Part shown: piece after piece, positions 17,930-28,328 of the stretch
How positions within the stretch are numbered: position 1 is the first letter of the stretch
How the letters are laid out: each line of letters starts with the position of its first letter
Assembly (NCBI GenBank): GCA_049720475.1
Contig: JBNASH010000035.1
Coordinates: 84,015 to 148,014, forward strand
Reading direction: 5' to 3'
Origin: Minisyncoccia bacterium
GTDB lineage: Bacteria; Patescibacteriota; Minisyncoccia; UBA6257; JAAZHW01
Length of the DNA stretch: 64,000 nt
Program-made: the position numbers and the translations under genes
The notes under the pieces: generated by a model
Seen by the model: only the letters and a program-made list of their open reading frames with translations
Told to the model about the DNA's origin: nothing
Database searches by the model: none

Positions 17930-19843
17930 TTATGTTATTGGCTTTCCACTCGAACTAACCAAAGTTGGTCCTTCTAAATTTTTCTTAAACCACATTCGAC
18001 CATTAAAACCACTTTTTATTTTCTTTCTAAATTCTTTTTTGGTCTCCTCATCCATTGTTTCATAGGCGCGTTTAATTTCTGAAGTTAATTGGTCTAATTT
18101 AGGTAAATCAAGATTTCTCAGCTCGCTCGCTGCCTGTTCAGGATTTGTTTCAAGCTTTAATTGTATAACGCCCGAAAGAACAATAGGATCTTTAATTTTA
18201 TCCAGTTTGATACTCTCAACTTCTATATCGGCTTTTCTAATAGCTTTAATCACTTCCTCGGACTTACCAGTTTTAACCGCTGATTGAACATCAGGATGCC
18301 ACTCGGGATGATCTTTAATGATTTTCTTATAATCTTCTTTACTATATTTGCTTAACAAAGGCAAGGCTTTATCTTTATTCGAATCATCAATCCCGCCTTT
18401 TTTAGCTAAAACAGCAAACATCGCCGCTCTTTCTTCAGGTATTAAAGCAGAATTGGCCATTTGTTTTAACTGCTCTACACTCACATTTTCATATTTCTTT
18501 ACTCTATTACTCCATTCCTTATTCTTAACCTCCTCGGCTTTGCGAGAAACATAACGACTAGCCATACCCAAACCGGTAAGACTAATAGCCGCTCTTGCTA
18601 ATTCATTCTTACTAGCCGCCTTCTCTAAACCAGTTGCTGGAACATTGGCCGCTCTTAACGCCCATAAGGAAGCCTTTCCTTTAACAGCTCCTGATGCTTT
18701 CCTTCCTGTTTCTTTGGCAAAATCCAAAGTCTTCTTAGCTATTTCTACACCCATTTTTTCTCCAGCTATTAATCCCGCCACAATAAATCCTGCCACTAAA
18801 AACATCTGCATTACGCTCTGTAAATTGTACATTACAGAACTCATACCACCCGCTGTGAGTGTCCCTGGAATATGCAATTGCTTAACATGCGAAGCTGTTT
18901 CAAGAGCCAAATAAACGAAAAATCCCATTACTGGTGCTACAAAACACCACTGCAAAAATTTACTCCACCATTGTTTGGATATACCAGCCGGTGTGCCAGG
19001 AATTGAAATTAATGATATTACCCAGGCCAGCGGTGCAAAAATTAATAAAATCCATAACCAGAAAAGACGCACAAACAAAATACCAACCAAAGCACCAAAA
19101 ATTATAATGACTAAAAAGCTAAAAACAATTGTGAAGGCTAACTTTGCTATACCCATCAGAGCAGTTTTCTCTTCCGCCCCTACCATTTGCGCTTGTATCC
19201 ATGATGTCCATTCCGCCTCAGTCGAACTAGCTGTTGGCGTAGCAACAACCTGACTTTGCATAAATGTTTGCAACGTCAAAGCATCGGCTAAAGCATTGGT
19301 AAATCTTACCCCGCCCAATCCAGTAGGATCTGCCCCTAGGGAGCCAAAAATAAAATATCTGAAAAACATATTTGAAAAATCAATAATAGCCCCGCCTATC
19401 ATTAAACTAAAATTAATCAAAATTGCCATAATAATCATTTTGACTAACAATCCTTTTGTTTGTCTTGATTGCACTCTTAAAATATAAGAAAAGGCGATAT
19501 AAATTAAAATTACGATAAACAAAATATTTGCAAAATCACGAGCAATTCTCCAACCAGTTTGAACTACAGGCAGAGTAGTAAATGCCGAAGCATTAACTAC
19601 TAAAGCCAAAATTTTTGCTTCTAAAATAATAATTTGGGAAGCAAGAAGAGCAATAAGATGGGCTACCCAACTAAAAATAGAATAGATTGCTGTTGAGGTA
19701 AAATCACCAATACTAAAAAGAGAGAAAGCGTGTGTTTTGAAAATTATGAAAAGATTAATAAACAAACCAAAAATCAACCCTTGAATTAAAGAGATTTTTC
19801 TAAATTTTATTTTTTGAATGATGCTTTTTATTCTTTTAAACAT
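17930..19843 (-). CDS. VirB6/TrbL-like polytopic membrane protein
   Basis: GWRIARDFANILF, LINFSL, R..WLW.L.I.APLAW, WW.KF..W.F.AP; many TM helices. Confidence 0.78.
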   Translation of the reverse strand: MFKRIKSIIQKIKFRKISLIQGLIFGLFINLFIIFKTHAFSLFSIGDFTSTAIYSIFSWVAHLIALLASQIIILEAKILALVVNASAFTTLPVVQTGWRIARDFANILFIVILIYIAFSYILRVQSRQTKGLLVKMIIMAILINFSLMIGGAIIDFSNMFFRYFIFGSLGADPTGLGGVRFTNALADALTLQTFMQSQVVATPTASSTEAEWTSWIQAQMVGAEEKTALMGIAKLAFTIVFSFLVIIIFGALVGILFVRLFWLWILLIFAPLAWVISLISIPGTPAGISKQWWSKFLQWCFVAPVMGFFVYLALETASHVKQLHIPGTLTAGGMSSVMYNLQSVMQMFLVAGFIVAGLIAGEKMGVEIAKKTLDFAKETGRKASGAVKGKASLWALRAANVPATGLEKAASKNELARAAISLTGLGMASRYVSRKAEEVKNKEWSNRVKKYENVSVEQLKQMANSALIPEERAAMFAVLAKKGGIDDSNKDKALPLLSKYSKEDYKKIIKDHPEWHPDVQSAVKTGKSEEVIKAIRKADIEVESIKLDKIKDPIVLSGVIQLKLETNPEQAASELRNLDLPKLDQLTSEIKRAYETMDEETKKEFRKKIKSGFNGRMWFKKNLEGPTLVSSSGKPIT

Positions 19844-19855
19844 AACCGGTTAATT

Positions 19856-21412
19856 TTAGTATTGTGGTGGTGGTGATGGCTCTCTGCCACCACAATATTT
19901 TTGGCAACTTGTTAAACTAGTAAAATCACCATTAGGATCTAATTCACAAAGTCCCTCAACTTCGTTACAACTATAGCGGTTTTCAGATGGTGGAGGTGAA
20001 GGTGTAATCGAAGGATAACAAACTCGACTACATGAATCATAATCACTATAACTGCCATTGGGATCAGCTACACAAATTTGCAATTCTGTATCGCATTTAA
20101 AACGAAGCGTGGATCCAGTACAAACTGCTTCACAGCTTTCTTTAGAAAAATATGGTCCATTAGCATCAATTTCGCAAACTTTTGATCCGCCATAAGTTTT
20201 ACAGGCATACCGCAAATTAAGCGATGGGCCAGAATCACCCTTTTCTGGCAAAGCCAACAATCCCTTACCATACCACTTACCACCAATTAACAATTCCTTA
20301 GCTGATTTTAACAAACGACTTATTAGTGCCTGAGCAATCATTTCTGAATAACCCTTAAGATCAGCTGAAGTTAGAAAATATGAGTCTGATTTCTCTAATT
20401 GATTGGTTAAAACTTTTGAAGTTAAATCTGATTTGGCTTCGCCCGGAATACTCACTACCTTTTCTACACAGATTTCTTGACCGGTAGCAGGATCTTTTTT
20501 GGTTTTAATACACCACTCTGTTGGTTTATAGCCACTCTGGGTTTTTTTCTCGGCTTCTTGCTGGGATTCAGATAATTCATTCTTTAAAGATTCTTGAGTC
20601 ATTAAATATGCTCCGAAGGCATTATTCCAGGGATAAAAGGATTCTTCAAAAGCAAGCCACCCGCCATTAGAAAAATTATCATAAAAAGATTCGATATTGC
20701 TTACTACCCTTGATAAAGTACAAGTTGGAAAAGGAGGTTTACCAGGCAAGGTTGTCCCAACTCTAACTAAATAACGAAACGGCTCGCACAACTCCGAAAA
20801 AGGTGAATTTTCGATAAATCGACCAAAAGCCTCATCCATCACATCGCCGAAAAATTGTCGCCAATTAGTAACAAACTGTGGATCGCCAGTTGTTCTTCCG
20901 CTAATCCAATCAACTGCGTTAGAAACCAAACGATCCATAAATGTTTTCACGGCAATTCTGAGCAATAATTTTGTCATTTCAGCCATTTTTGCTTTTAATG
21001 TTGCTTTCTTTTTAGCTACCCATTCTTTACACTGCTGGGTAGTATCGGCGCCACCAGTATTAATAATACATTCACCCGAAATAGCCGTCCCACCAATGCC
21101 CAAAAAACTCAACGTACGACCTAACATTTGACAAACTGGATTTAAAACTACGGACAAAGCGGTATTAATCCAGCTTGTTATTTTTTGATAAATACCCGTA
21201 GAACAAACCATCACCTCGCCCCAATATTCGGCTATATTCTCATATACCGCTGGCTCCTGTTCCAAAACCGAATCTAGATCTTTTGGCGAGGGCAAAGGAA
21301 CTTCGATTAAGGTTTCTGTTTGGGCTTTAACTTTTAAAGCATTAACTATGCCTTCCAAATTAAGAAGAAGAACAGCAATTAAAGTGATAATGGCAAAAGT
21401 TTTTTTACTCAT
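19856..21412 (-). CDS. Secreted/membrane protein with three C-terminal Cys-rich repeats
   Basis: Signal peptide; WI.G...G.PQFVTNW and F..NFS.GGW motifs; three C-x(5-8)-C..D.NG......SC...C repeats. Confidence 0.75.
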   Translation of the reverse strand: MSKKTFAIITLIAVLLLNLEGIVNALKVKAQTETLIEVPLPSPKDLDSVLEQEPAVYENIAEYWGEVMVCSTGIYQKITSWINTALSVVLNPVCQMLGRTLSFLGIGGTAISGECIINTGGADTTQQCKEWVAKKKATLKAKMAEMTKLLLRIAVKTFMDRLVSNAVDWISGRTTGDPQFVTNWRQFFGDVMDEAFGRFIENSPFSELCEPFRYLVRVGTTLPGKPPFPTCTLSRVVSNIESFYDNFSNGGWLAFEESFYPWNNAFGAYLMTQESLKNELSESQQEAEKKTQSGYKPTEWCIKTKKDPATGQEICVEKVVSIPGEAKSDLTSKVLTNQLEKSDSYFLTSADLKGYSEMIAQALISRLLKSAKELLIGGKWYGKGLLALPEKGDSGPSLNLRYACKTYGGSKVCEIDANGPYFSKESCEAVCTGSTLRFKCDTELQICVADPNGSYSDYDSCSRVCYPSITPSPPPSENRYSCNEVEGLCELDPNGDFTSLTSCQKYCGGREPSPPPQY

Positions 21413-22234
21413 TTAAAATTTGAAATAATTAATTGAACCATCGCCCTCCATTTTTTTCATCATGGCCACCATCCATTGTTGATAAGCATTATCCAAATCC
21501 TCTAAAAGTTGACTAGCTACCAAACCGCTTATTGGATCTTTTTGATAATTATAAAGCGCTTTTAAAATTGCTTGCTTTGTGTTTAAAAAATTAATCAAAT
21601 CCAGATGTAAATTAGCATAAGATGAAGGAATGGGTAACTTCTTTAAATCATCAATGGCTAAACTTAAATCATTAATCATATCAACCAAAAAAGTCGGATC
21701 TTCATTGTCCAAAAAACTTTGCAACCTTTCCTGAAAAACATCATCGGTTATCTTATGATCAGCCAATACTTTCATTGCTTCTACAAAATATTTTAAAGAA
21801 GTGAAAGGTGGCTCTTCTTGAGAAATAAATTTTAATTCAGCCAAAGTTGTAACTGGTACATTCTCAAGAAAATAATTAGTACATTTCTTTATCATTTCAT
21901 CACTAAACAATTCTTCATTCGGCACTTCTAACTGGCCGGATGATAAATCATTGTTGGCATTTAAAGAAATAATTTGTTGGGCTAATTCATTGGCCACTTT
22001 TGATGTTAAATTATCTTCTTCTTTAACATCCAGGCTTTCAACATTAGCTGATAATTTTTGCTTTGCTTTTTCTAAAGAAAAAGAAGTAGGCGCATTAATT
22101 TTTCCTGTATCAGTCAATGCGGCTTTACTTTCTTTTATATTTACTGGTTTATTGTTATGTTGAAAAATCAAAAACGAAACAAAAATAGCCAAAAAAACGA
22201 TGCCAATACCCAATTTTAGAGATTTTTTTTCCAT
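21413..22234 (-). CDS. Membrane-anchored helical protein, first gene of the T4SS-like cluster
   Basis: N-terminal TM; P......HL.L.N and DP motifs. Confidence 0.7.
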   Translation of the reverse strand: MEKKSLKLGIGIVFLAIFVSFLIFQHNNKPVNIKESKAALTDTGKINAPTSFSLEKAKQKLSANVESLDVKEEDNLTSKVANELAQQIISLNANNDLSSGQLEVPNEELFSDEMIKKCTNYFLENVPVTTLAELKFISQEEPPFTSLKYFVEAMKVLADHKITDDVFQERLQSFLDNEDPTFLVDMINDLSLAIDDLKKLPIPSSYANLHLDLINFLNTKQAILKALYNYQKDPISGLVASQLLEDLDNAYQQWMVAMMKKMEGDGSINYFKF

Positions 22235-22265
22235 AGGAATTCTTTTTAATATTATACTACAAAAA

Positions 22266-23048
22266 TTAACCTTGATTAAGTTTTTTGGCCAAAGTTATCC
22301 ACAATTGAAGCGACAATTCAGAAGCTCTTATTTTTTCAGACAAATTTAATTCTCTCAAAGCATTTCTAATTTTTTCTTTAGCAAATTTTCTTGACAAATT
22401 ATTAAACAGCGTCTTTCTGGGCTGTTTAAAAGCGGTTTTTAGCAAATCAATGATAAATTCTTCGTTTTTTAATCTTTGATTTAAAGATAAAGTCTTAAAT
22501 TTAACCACGGATGATTCCACTTTTGGTGAAGGATAAAAATCTTTTGGTTTCAAATTAAATAACAATTTTGGGGTCGCCCATAAATTAACAATGTTTGATA
22601 ATAAATTAGTCTTGTGTTCTCTGGCTAAAATTTTTTGAGCCACTTCTTTCTGAAGCATTAATACAATTACTACTGGCGGATTTTTTAATTTTTGAAAAAG
22701 ACGTAAAAGTTGGCCTGTTAAATAATATGGGATATTACCAACAACTTTATATTTTTTGTAATTATTTGAGATTTTTTCCAAAAGATCACGAATATCTCCT
22801 TCAATAATCTTTGGCCATTCTTCATTTGAAACACTCAAACGCTTCTTTAGAATCTCAACCCATCCGCTGTCTTTTTCTACCGCTATCACATAAGGAGTTT
22901 TTTTCAAAAGTTCCCGCGTTAGATTTCCACTACCAGCTCCAATTTCAACAATTACATCATTTGGTTCAATTTCCAAAGCCTCAACAATTTTTTTTAAAGC
23001 TGATGTATTAATTAAAAAATTTTGTCCTAATCGTTTTTTATATTTCAT
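22266..23048 (-). CDS. rsmA: 16S rRNA dimethyladenosine transferase
   Basis: KRLGQNFL, EIGAGSG, VGNIPY, FYPSPKVES, QPRKTL.N. Confidence 0.96.
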   Translation of the reverse strand: MKYKKRLGQNFLINTSALKKIVEALEIEPNDVIVEIGAGSGNLTRELLKKTPYVIAVEKDSGWVEILKKRLSVSNEEWPKIIEGDIRDLLEKISNNYKKYKVVGNIPYYLTGQLLRLFQKLKNPPVVIVLMLQKEVAQKILAREHKTNLLSNIVNLWATPKLLFNLKPKDFYPSPKVESSVVKFKTLSLNQRLKNEEFIIDLLKTAFKQPRKTLFNNLSRKFAKEKIRNALRELNLSEKIRASELSLQLWITLAKKLNQG

Positions 23049-25008
23049 ATTCTTCATCATCAATTAATTCGATCTCCGGATAATCAGGGTCAACCATATC
23101 TTTGTATGGCTCAAGTTCTATTTCTTCTTTTAACTCTGGCGAAATTTCTTCAATAAAGCGCGAGTTTTCATTAATTTTTAATTGCCCAAACATTCTGCGC
23201 CGCGATGACCAAATTAAATAAACCTCTTCTTTAGCCCGCGTCATCCCCACATACATTAATCTTCTTTCTTCTTCTAATTCTTCATCTGAATATTGAGATT
23301 GAATATGCGGCAAAATGCCTTCTTCGGCGCCCACAATAAATACAATATCAAATTCTAATCCTTTAGCACTATGCAGAGTCATTAAAGAAACAAAATTTTT
23401 ATCATCTTTTTTCTCATCCCCTTCTTCAAATAAAGTAATTTTTTCTAAAAATTCCGCCAAAGTACCTTTGTCATAAGCATCAAAATCCTCCGCCAACCTT
23501 ATCAATTCCAAAACATTCTGCCATTTTTCAACTGGGTCTTTGGCGGTTTCTTTTAAATATTGCTCATAATTAATTTTATTTATGAGTTCTCGAATCAATT
23601 GAGCTACTGGTATTTTATCCATCATTTTCTTTAACTCCTCCAAAATTTCCAAAAATTCCTTCGCTTCAGCCAATTTTCTTATATTTTCCCAAGCTTTTTC
23701 ATAATTTTCCTCTTTAAAAATCAAAGATGTTTTCTTATTCCCAATTTGTCGCGGCGGTACATTAATAATTCGCTCCAAACTCACCAGATCTTTAGGATTA
23801 ACCAAAATTCTTAAATAAGCCAGAATGTCTTTGATTTCTTTTCTTTGATAAAATTTAATGCCGGCAAAAATTTGATAAGGTATGCCTGCTTTTAAAAATA
23901 CCTCTTCTAAAACTCGCGATTGAGCATTAATTCGATAAAGCACGGCAAAATTTTTATACTGATAGTGATGCTCATTGATTAAATTCAAAATCATCGAAGC
24001 GACAAATTCAGCTTCTTCAATTTCATCCAGCGCCCTCACCACAAAAATTGGTTTTCCTTCTTCATTAACCGAAACCAATTGTTTTTCTCTTCTTAATTTA
24101 TTGTTTTTGATTATTTCTTGGGCTGCCTTTAAAATATTTTTTGTTAAGCGATAACTAGTTCTTAATACCACCACTTTGGCATCGGGCCAATCCTTTTCAA
24201 AATTCAAAAAATTGCGAAAATCAGCCTGCCGCCAAGTATAAATTGACTGATCTTCATCGCCCACCACACATAAATTGCGATGTTTTGATGATAAAAGTTT
24301 AATTAACTGATATTGGGATGTATTTGTGTCTTGATATTCATCCACTAAAATATATTTCCAGCGATTCTGATATTTTTCTAAAATTTCTGTTTGTTTTTGA
24401 AAAATTTCCACTGGCAATTTAATTAAATCATCAAAGTCGAAAGCATTGTTTTGTATCAATTTATCTTCGTATAAACGATAAATTTTGGCGACTTTTTCTT
24501 GAAAAAAGTTCTCAGCATTTTTTTCATAATCCTCCACATTAATCAACTCGTTCTTTGCTCGTGAAATTTCATTTCGAACAATACTGGGCAAAAATTGATC
24601 TTTGGGTAAATTTAGCTCGGTTAAGCAATCCTTAACGAGTTTCAATGAATCATCTTCATCAAAAATTACAAAATTTTTATTGCGCTGAACAATTTTTAAT
24701 AAATCTTTCAAAATATTTAGGCCTAATTTATGAAAAGTGCCAATAAAAAGTTTTTGGGAAAAATTGTTGTGTCCTAAAATTTTTTTGATTCGCTCGCGCA
24801 TTTCTTCAGCCGCCTTATTAGTAAAAGTAATGGCCAAGATATTCTCGGGTTTAATGCCAGTGGCCAAAAGATAAGCCACTCGATGAGTTAAGGTTTTTGT
24901 CTTCCCTGAACCAGCGCCGGCAACAATTAAAAGCGGCCCTTCTGTAAAAAGCACCGCCTCTTTTTGATCCTCGTTTAGCCCCTCTAAAATTTTCAATTTA
25001 TCAATCAT
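23038..25008 (-). CDS. pcrA: ATP-dependent DNA helicase PcrA/UvrD
   Basis: AGAGSGKT, TFTNKAA, VDEYQD, TLHSAKGLEF, EERRL.YV..TRA. Confidence 0.96.
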   Translation of the reverse strand: MIDKLKILEGLNEDQKEAVLFTEGPLLIVAGAGSGKTKTLTHRVAYLLATGIKPENILAITFTNKAAEEMRERIKKILGHNNFSQKLFIGTFHKLGLNILKDLLKIVQRNKNFVIFDEDDSLKLVKDCLTELNLPKDQFLPSIVRNEISRAKNELINVEDYEKNAENFFQEKVAKIYRLYEDKLIQNNAFDFDDLIKLPVEIFQKQTEILEKYQNRWKYILVDEYQDTNTSQYQLIKLLSSKHRNLCVVGDEDQSIYTWRQADFRNFLNFEKDWPDAKVVVLRTSYRLTKNILKAAQEIIKNNKLRREKQLVSVNEEGKPIFVVRALDEIEEAEFVASMILNLINEHHYQYKNFAVLYRINAQSRVLEEVFLKAGIPYQIFAGIKFYQRKEIKDILAYLRILVNPKDLVSLERIINVPPRQIGNKKTSLIFKEENYEKAWENIRKLAEAKEFLEILEELKKMMDKIPVAQLIRELINKINYEQYLKETAKDPVEKWQNVLELIRLAEDFDAYDKGTLAEFLEKITLFEEGDEKKDDKNFVSLMTLHSAKGLEFDIVFIVGAEEGILPHIQSQYSDEELEEERRLMYVGMTRAKEEVYLIWSSRRRMFGQLKINENSRFIEEISPELKEEIELEPYKDMVDPDYPEIELIDDEEYEI

Positions 25009-25100
25009 AGAAGTAAGTTTAGCATTTTTTCTTTGTTTTTTCCAGCAAAATTGATGAAAATAATCGCCAAATAGCCAGTTTTTTGTTATTTATTGAAAAC

Positions 25101-25128
25101 TTGACTTCTTTTTATCAACGGCTATAAT
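25101..25128 (+). promoter_or_regulatory. Sigma70 promoter for LysM-M23 gene
   Basis: TTGACT-16 bp-TATAAT. Confidence 0.6.
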
Positions 25129-25213
25129 AAAGAGTAATCCTTTAAAAGACACTGGTCTTTTAAGGAGAAAATAAAATAAGCTTATTTGTACACTTTTTGC
25201 CAATTTTAAGCGA

Positions 25214-26323
25214 TTGTACCGAAAGATTGCGACTGAACTGAAAGTTTTTATTTTCAATTCAAAAAGTCTCTTTTCTTTAAAAGAGCGCTTGTTTTACTTT
25301 AGACAACCTCTTCCCACGGTTGTCTTTTTGCTTATTTTGGGGGCTATTCTAATTATTATTAATTATACTAATGAGAACAAACTTTTATCCTATAAAGAAT
25401 CGGACCGCGGCGTTTTGGGTGGTCCGAATTTGATTATGAAAAATCTGGCTTTAACTAGCAACACTAACCCTGCTGTTTTTAGTCTTGCTGTTAATCAAAA
25501 CATTAATAGAAATGAAGGTCTTGACACTTCTCCTAACCAGCCGGATTCTGAAATTTCTTATCTTATTGACCATAGTAGCTTACAAAATCCCAGCCCAATT
25601 CTCACAAGCATCAGAACAGATAAAAATGGAATTTTAATCTATAGAGTTCAAAAGGGCGATACCCTACTCAGCCTTTCCTCTGAATTTGGAATAAGTTTAG
25701 AAACTATAAAGTGGGCTAATAATTTAAAAAGCGATAGAATTGTTCCAGGCGAAGAACTAATTATTCTTCCTGTATCTGGTGTTTTACATGAAATCAAACC
25801 TGGTGAAACAATAGAACAAATTGCCCAACTTTATTCGGTTTCAACCGATAAAATCGTTGCTTATAATAACTTGACCAATTCTTCTTTAATTCCAGGACAA
25901 AAAATTATTATACCCGATGGTCGAATGCCAAGAACTTATAAAGTTTTCGCTGCTGCTTCTTCTCTTCCCGAATACCCTTATTATTATGTCATTCCTACCA
26001 GTGGATTTAATTGGGGCATTCTTCATAATGTCAACGCTGTTGACATCGCCAACCGCTGCGATACACCAGTTGTAGCCGCCGCCGAAGGATTGGTTGAAAA
26101 AGTAGCCTATGATAGCAGTTATGGCAATTATATAAAAATTCAACATCCCAACAATACTGAAACGCTGTATGCCCACCTTAATTATGTTCAAGTTAAAGAA
26201 GGCGATTATGTTATGCAAGGTCAGTTAATTGGTTTAATGGGCAATACTGGTTATGTTATTGGCTCCCCAGGCTGTCATCTTCATTTCGAAGTCAGAGGCG
26301 CCAAAAATCCTTTTGCCAAATAA
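25214..26323 (+). CDS. LysM-containing M23 family peptidoglycan endopeptidase
   Basis: Two LysM repeats (YRVQKGDTL, HEIKPGET), H...AVDIA, YAHL, HLHFEV; start codon uncertain. Confidence 0.9.
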   Translation: MYRKIATELKVFIFNSKSLFSLKERLFYFRQPLPTVVFLLILGAILIIINYTNENKLLSYKESDRGVLGGPNLIMKNLALTSNTNPAVFSLAVNQNINRNEGLDTSPNQPDSEISYLIDHSSLQNPSPILTSIRTDKNGILIYRVQKGDTLLSLSSEFGISLETIKWANNLKSDRIVPGEELIILPVSGVLHEIKPGETIEQIAQLYSVSTDKIVAYNNLTNSSLIPGQKIIIPDGRMPRTYKVFAAASSLPEYPYYYVIPTSGFNWGILHNVNAVDIANRCDTPVVAAAEGLVEKVAYDSSYGNYIKIQHPNNTETLYAHLNYVQVKEGDYVMQGQLIGLMGNTGYVIGSPGCHLHFEVRGAKNPFAK

Positions 26324-26345
26324 AAATTTCCCACTTTATAAATTA

Positions 26346-26372
26346 AAAAATCGAGCTTCAGCTCGATTTTTT
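26346..26372. terminator. Bidirectional intrinsic terminator
   Basis: AAAAATCGAGC-TTCA-GCTCGATTTTT. Confidence 0.8.
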
Positions 26373-27903
26373 AATTTTCATTTTTGATACGATACCGCAA
26401 TGCCTCAGCAATGTGTTCGCTTTTAATAATTTCAGACTCTTCTAAATCAGCAATTGTTCGGGCTACTTTCAAAATACGATAATAACTTCTCGCTGATAAA
26501 TACCAATTTTCGATTGACTTCTTTAATAACTTTTCAGCTGAATCATCTAATTGACAAATTTCTTCAACCTCTCTCGATGTCATTTCGGCATTAGTAAAGA
26601 TATTTTTCTTTAATCGAGAAAATCTGTTTTTTTGTATCTCTCGCGCTTTTTCAATTCTTTTTCTAATTACACTTGAAGATTCACCACTATTTTCTTGTTT
26701 TAATTCCTCATATTTAATCCGCGGCACTTCAATTTGTAAATCAATACGATCAAGTAGAGGACCTGAAATTTTTTTCTGATATCTTAAAATCTCTGAAGGT
26801 GAACAACGACATTCTTTTTCAGGATCGCCATAATAACCGCACGGACAAGGATTCATAGCCGCCACTAAAATAAAACGGGCTGGAAAAGTTAAACTCCCTT
26901 GAACGCGACTTACTGTAATTTCTCCATCTTCCAATGGTTGTCTTAAACTTTCCAAAACATCACGCGCAAATTCAGGAATTTCATCCATAAACAACACTCC
27001 GCGATGAGCCAAGCTAATTTCTCCAGGCTTAGGCCACGATCCTCCTCCCACTAAAGCAATTTTTGAAGCAGTATGATGCGGCGAACGAAATGGTCGGTTA
27101 ATAATAATTGGATTTTCATTAGAGAGTAAACCGCAAATACTATAAATTTGACTCACTTCTAATGCCTCCTCCAATGATAACGTTGGCAGAATCGAAGGCA
27201 AAGCTTTTGCTAGCATGCTTTTCCCTGAGCCTGGCGAACCAACCATTAAAACATTATGACCTCCAGCCGCCGCAATTTCCAAAGCTCTTTTGGCCTGGTA
27301 CTGACCTTTAATATCGGAAAAATCAATCGGATATTCATTAAATTTATTTAAATCAATCTCTCCAGTGCTTAAAAAACCCATTTCTCTTTTGCCCTCCAAA
27401 TATTCAATTACTTCTTGTAAATTATTACATCCGACAATTTTTATGCCCTTGATTAAAGAAGCTTCATTAACATTTTTTATAGGAATAATAATTTCTTCAA
27501 ATTTTTCTTGGGCCAGAAGCGCAATTGGTAAAATACCGGGTACTGGTCTTAAACTGCCATCCAAAGCTAATTCGCCTAAAAATAATTTTTTACTAGCCTC
27601 AAAATTTTTGATTTGTTTTGAAGCTAAAAGATAGCCAACCGCAATCGCTAAATCATAAGCTGATCCCTCCTTTTTTAAATCAGCCGGGGCTAAATTAACG
27701 GTGATTCTTTTGTTTAAACGCTGAGGAGCGACTGCCCCACTATTTTTTATAGCTGAGGAAACCCTATCCTTTGCTTCATTCACCGCCTTATCAGCCAAGC
27801 CAACAATATTAAAAGCATGAAGGCCGGATGATAAATCAACCTCTACTTCAATGACTTGGGCTTTTATTCCAATAACAGCCGAAGAATAAACTTTGGCGGT
27901 CAT
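26371..27903 (-). CDS. comM: ComM/YifB Mg-chelatase-like AAA+ ATPase
   Basis: ITVNLAPADLKKEG, GSPGSGKS, PGEISLAHRGVLF.DE, AMNPCPCG, SGPLLDRID. Confidence 0.95.
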   Translation of the reverse strand: MTAKVYSSAVIGIKAQVIEVEVDLSSGLHAFNIVGLADKAVNEAKDRVSSAIKNSGAVAPQRLNKRITVNLAPADLKKEGSAYDLAIAVGYLLASKQIKNFEASKKLFLGELALDGSLRPVPGILPIALLAQEKFEEIIIPIKNVNEASLIKGIKIVGCNNLQEVIEYLEGKREMGFLSTGEIDLNKFNEYPIDFSDIKGQYQAKRALEIAAAGGHNVLMVGSPGSGKSMLAKALPSILPTLSLEEALEVSQIYSICGLLSNENPIIINRPFRSPHHTASKIALVGGGSWPKPGEISLAHRGVLFMDEIPEFARDVLESLRQPLEDGEITVSRVQGSLTFPARFILVAAMNPCPCGYYGDPEKECRCSPSEILRYQKKISGPLLDRIDLQIEVPRIKYEELKQENSGESSSVIRKRIEKAREIQKNRFSRLKKNIFTNAEMTSREVEEICQLDDSAEKLLKKSIENWYLSARSYYRILKVARTIADLEESEIIKSEHIAEALRYRIKNEN

Positions 27904-27923
27904 GGTAAACGAATTGGCAAAAA

Positions 27924-28316
27924 TTACGATAATTGACGATTTTTCTTTTTAACACAGGCTATACAAATTTGCGCTGTTGGTTCTATCTTTAGGCGTTCAA
28001 GTTCGATTAAATTGCCGCATTCAACACAAATACCATACGTGCCCTTTTCCATTCTTTCCAAGGCTTGATTAATCCTGTCAATTTCATTTTCCCATTCCAT
28101 TTTTAATGAAAGCAGATTATTTAATTCCTCAACTTCGTCAGCTTCAATCGAGGCATCTTCTGATGCCATAAAATCTGGCATTTTAATTGCCATGTCTTTC
28201 TCTTTTAAATTTAATTCTTCAACTTTCTTCTGAAACTCTTCTTTTTCCTTTTCTAGTAACTCTTTTAACTCTTTGAGAGTTTTTTTATCGTATTTTTTTC
28301 TTTTAAAAATAATCAT
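27924..28316 (-). CDS. TraR/DksA C4 zinc-finger protein
   Basis: AL.RM..GTYG.C..CG..I..ERL...P....C..C. Confidence 0.88.
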   Translation of the reverse strand: MIIFKRKKYDKKTLKELKELLEKEKEEFQKKVEELNLKEKDMAIKMPDFMASEDASIEADEVEELNNLLSLKMEWENEIDRINQALERMEKGTYGICVECGNLIELERLKIEPTAQICIACVKKKNRQLS

Positions 28317-28328
28317 GATGTTTTTTTA

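Noticed and set aside
10568-22234. Integrative conjugative element
   Set aside because: No relaxase, integrase, att repeats or compositional shift; flanked by housekeeping genes.
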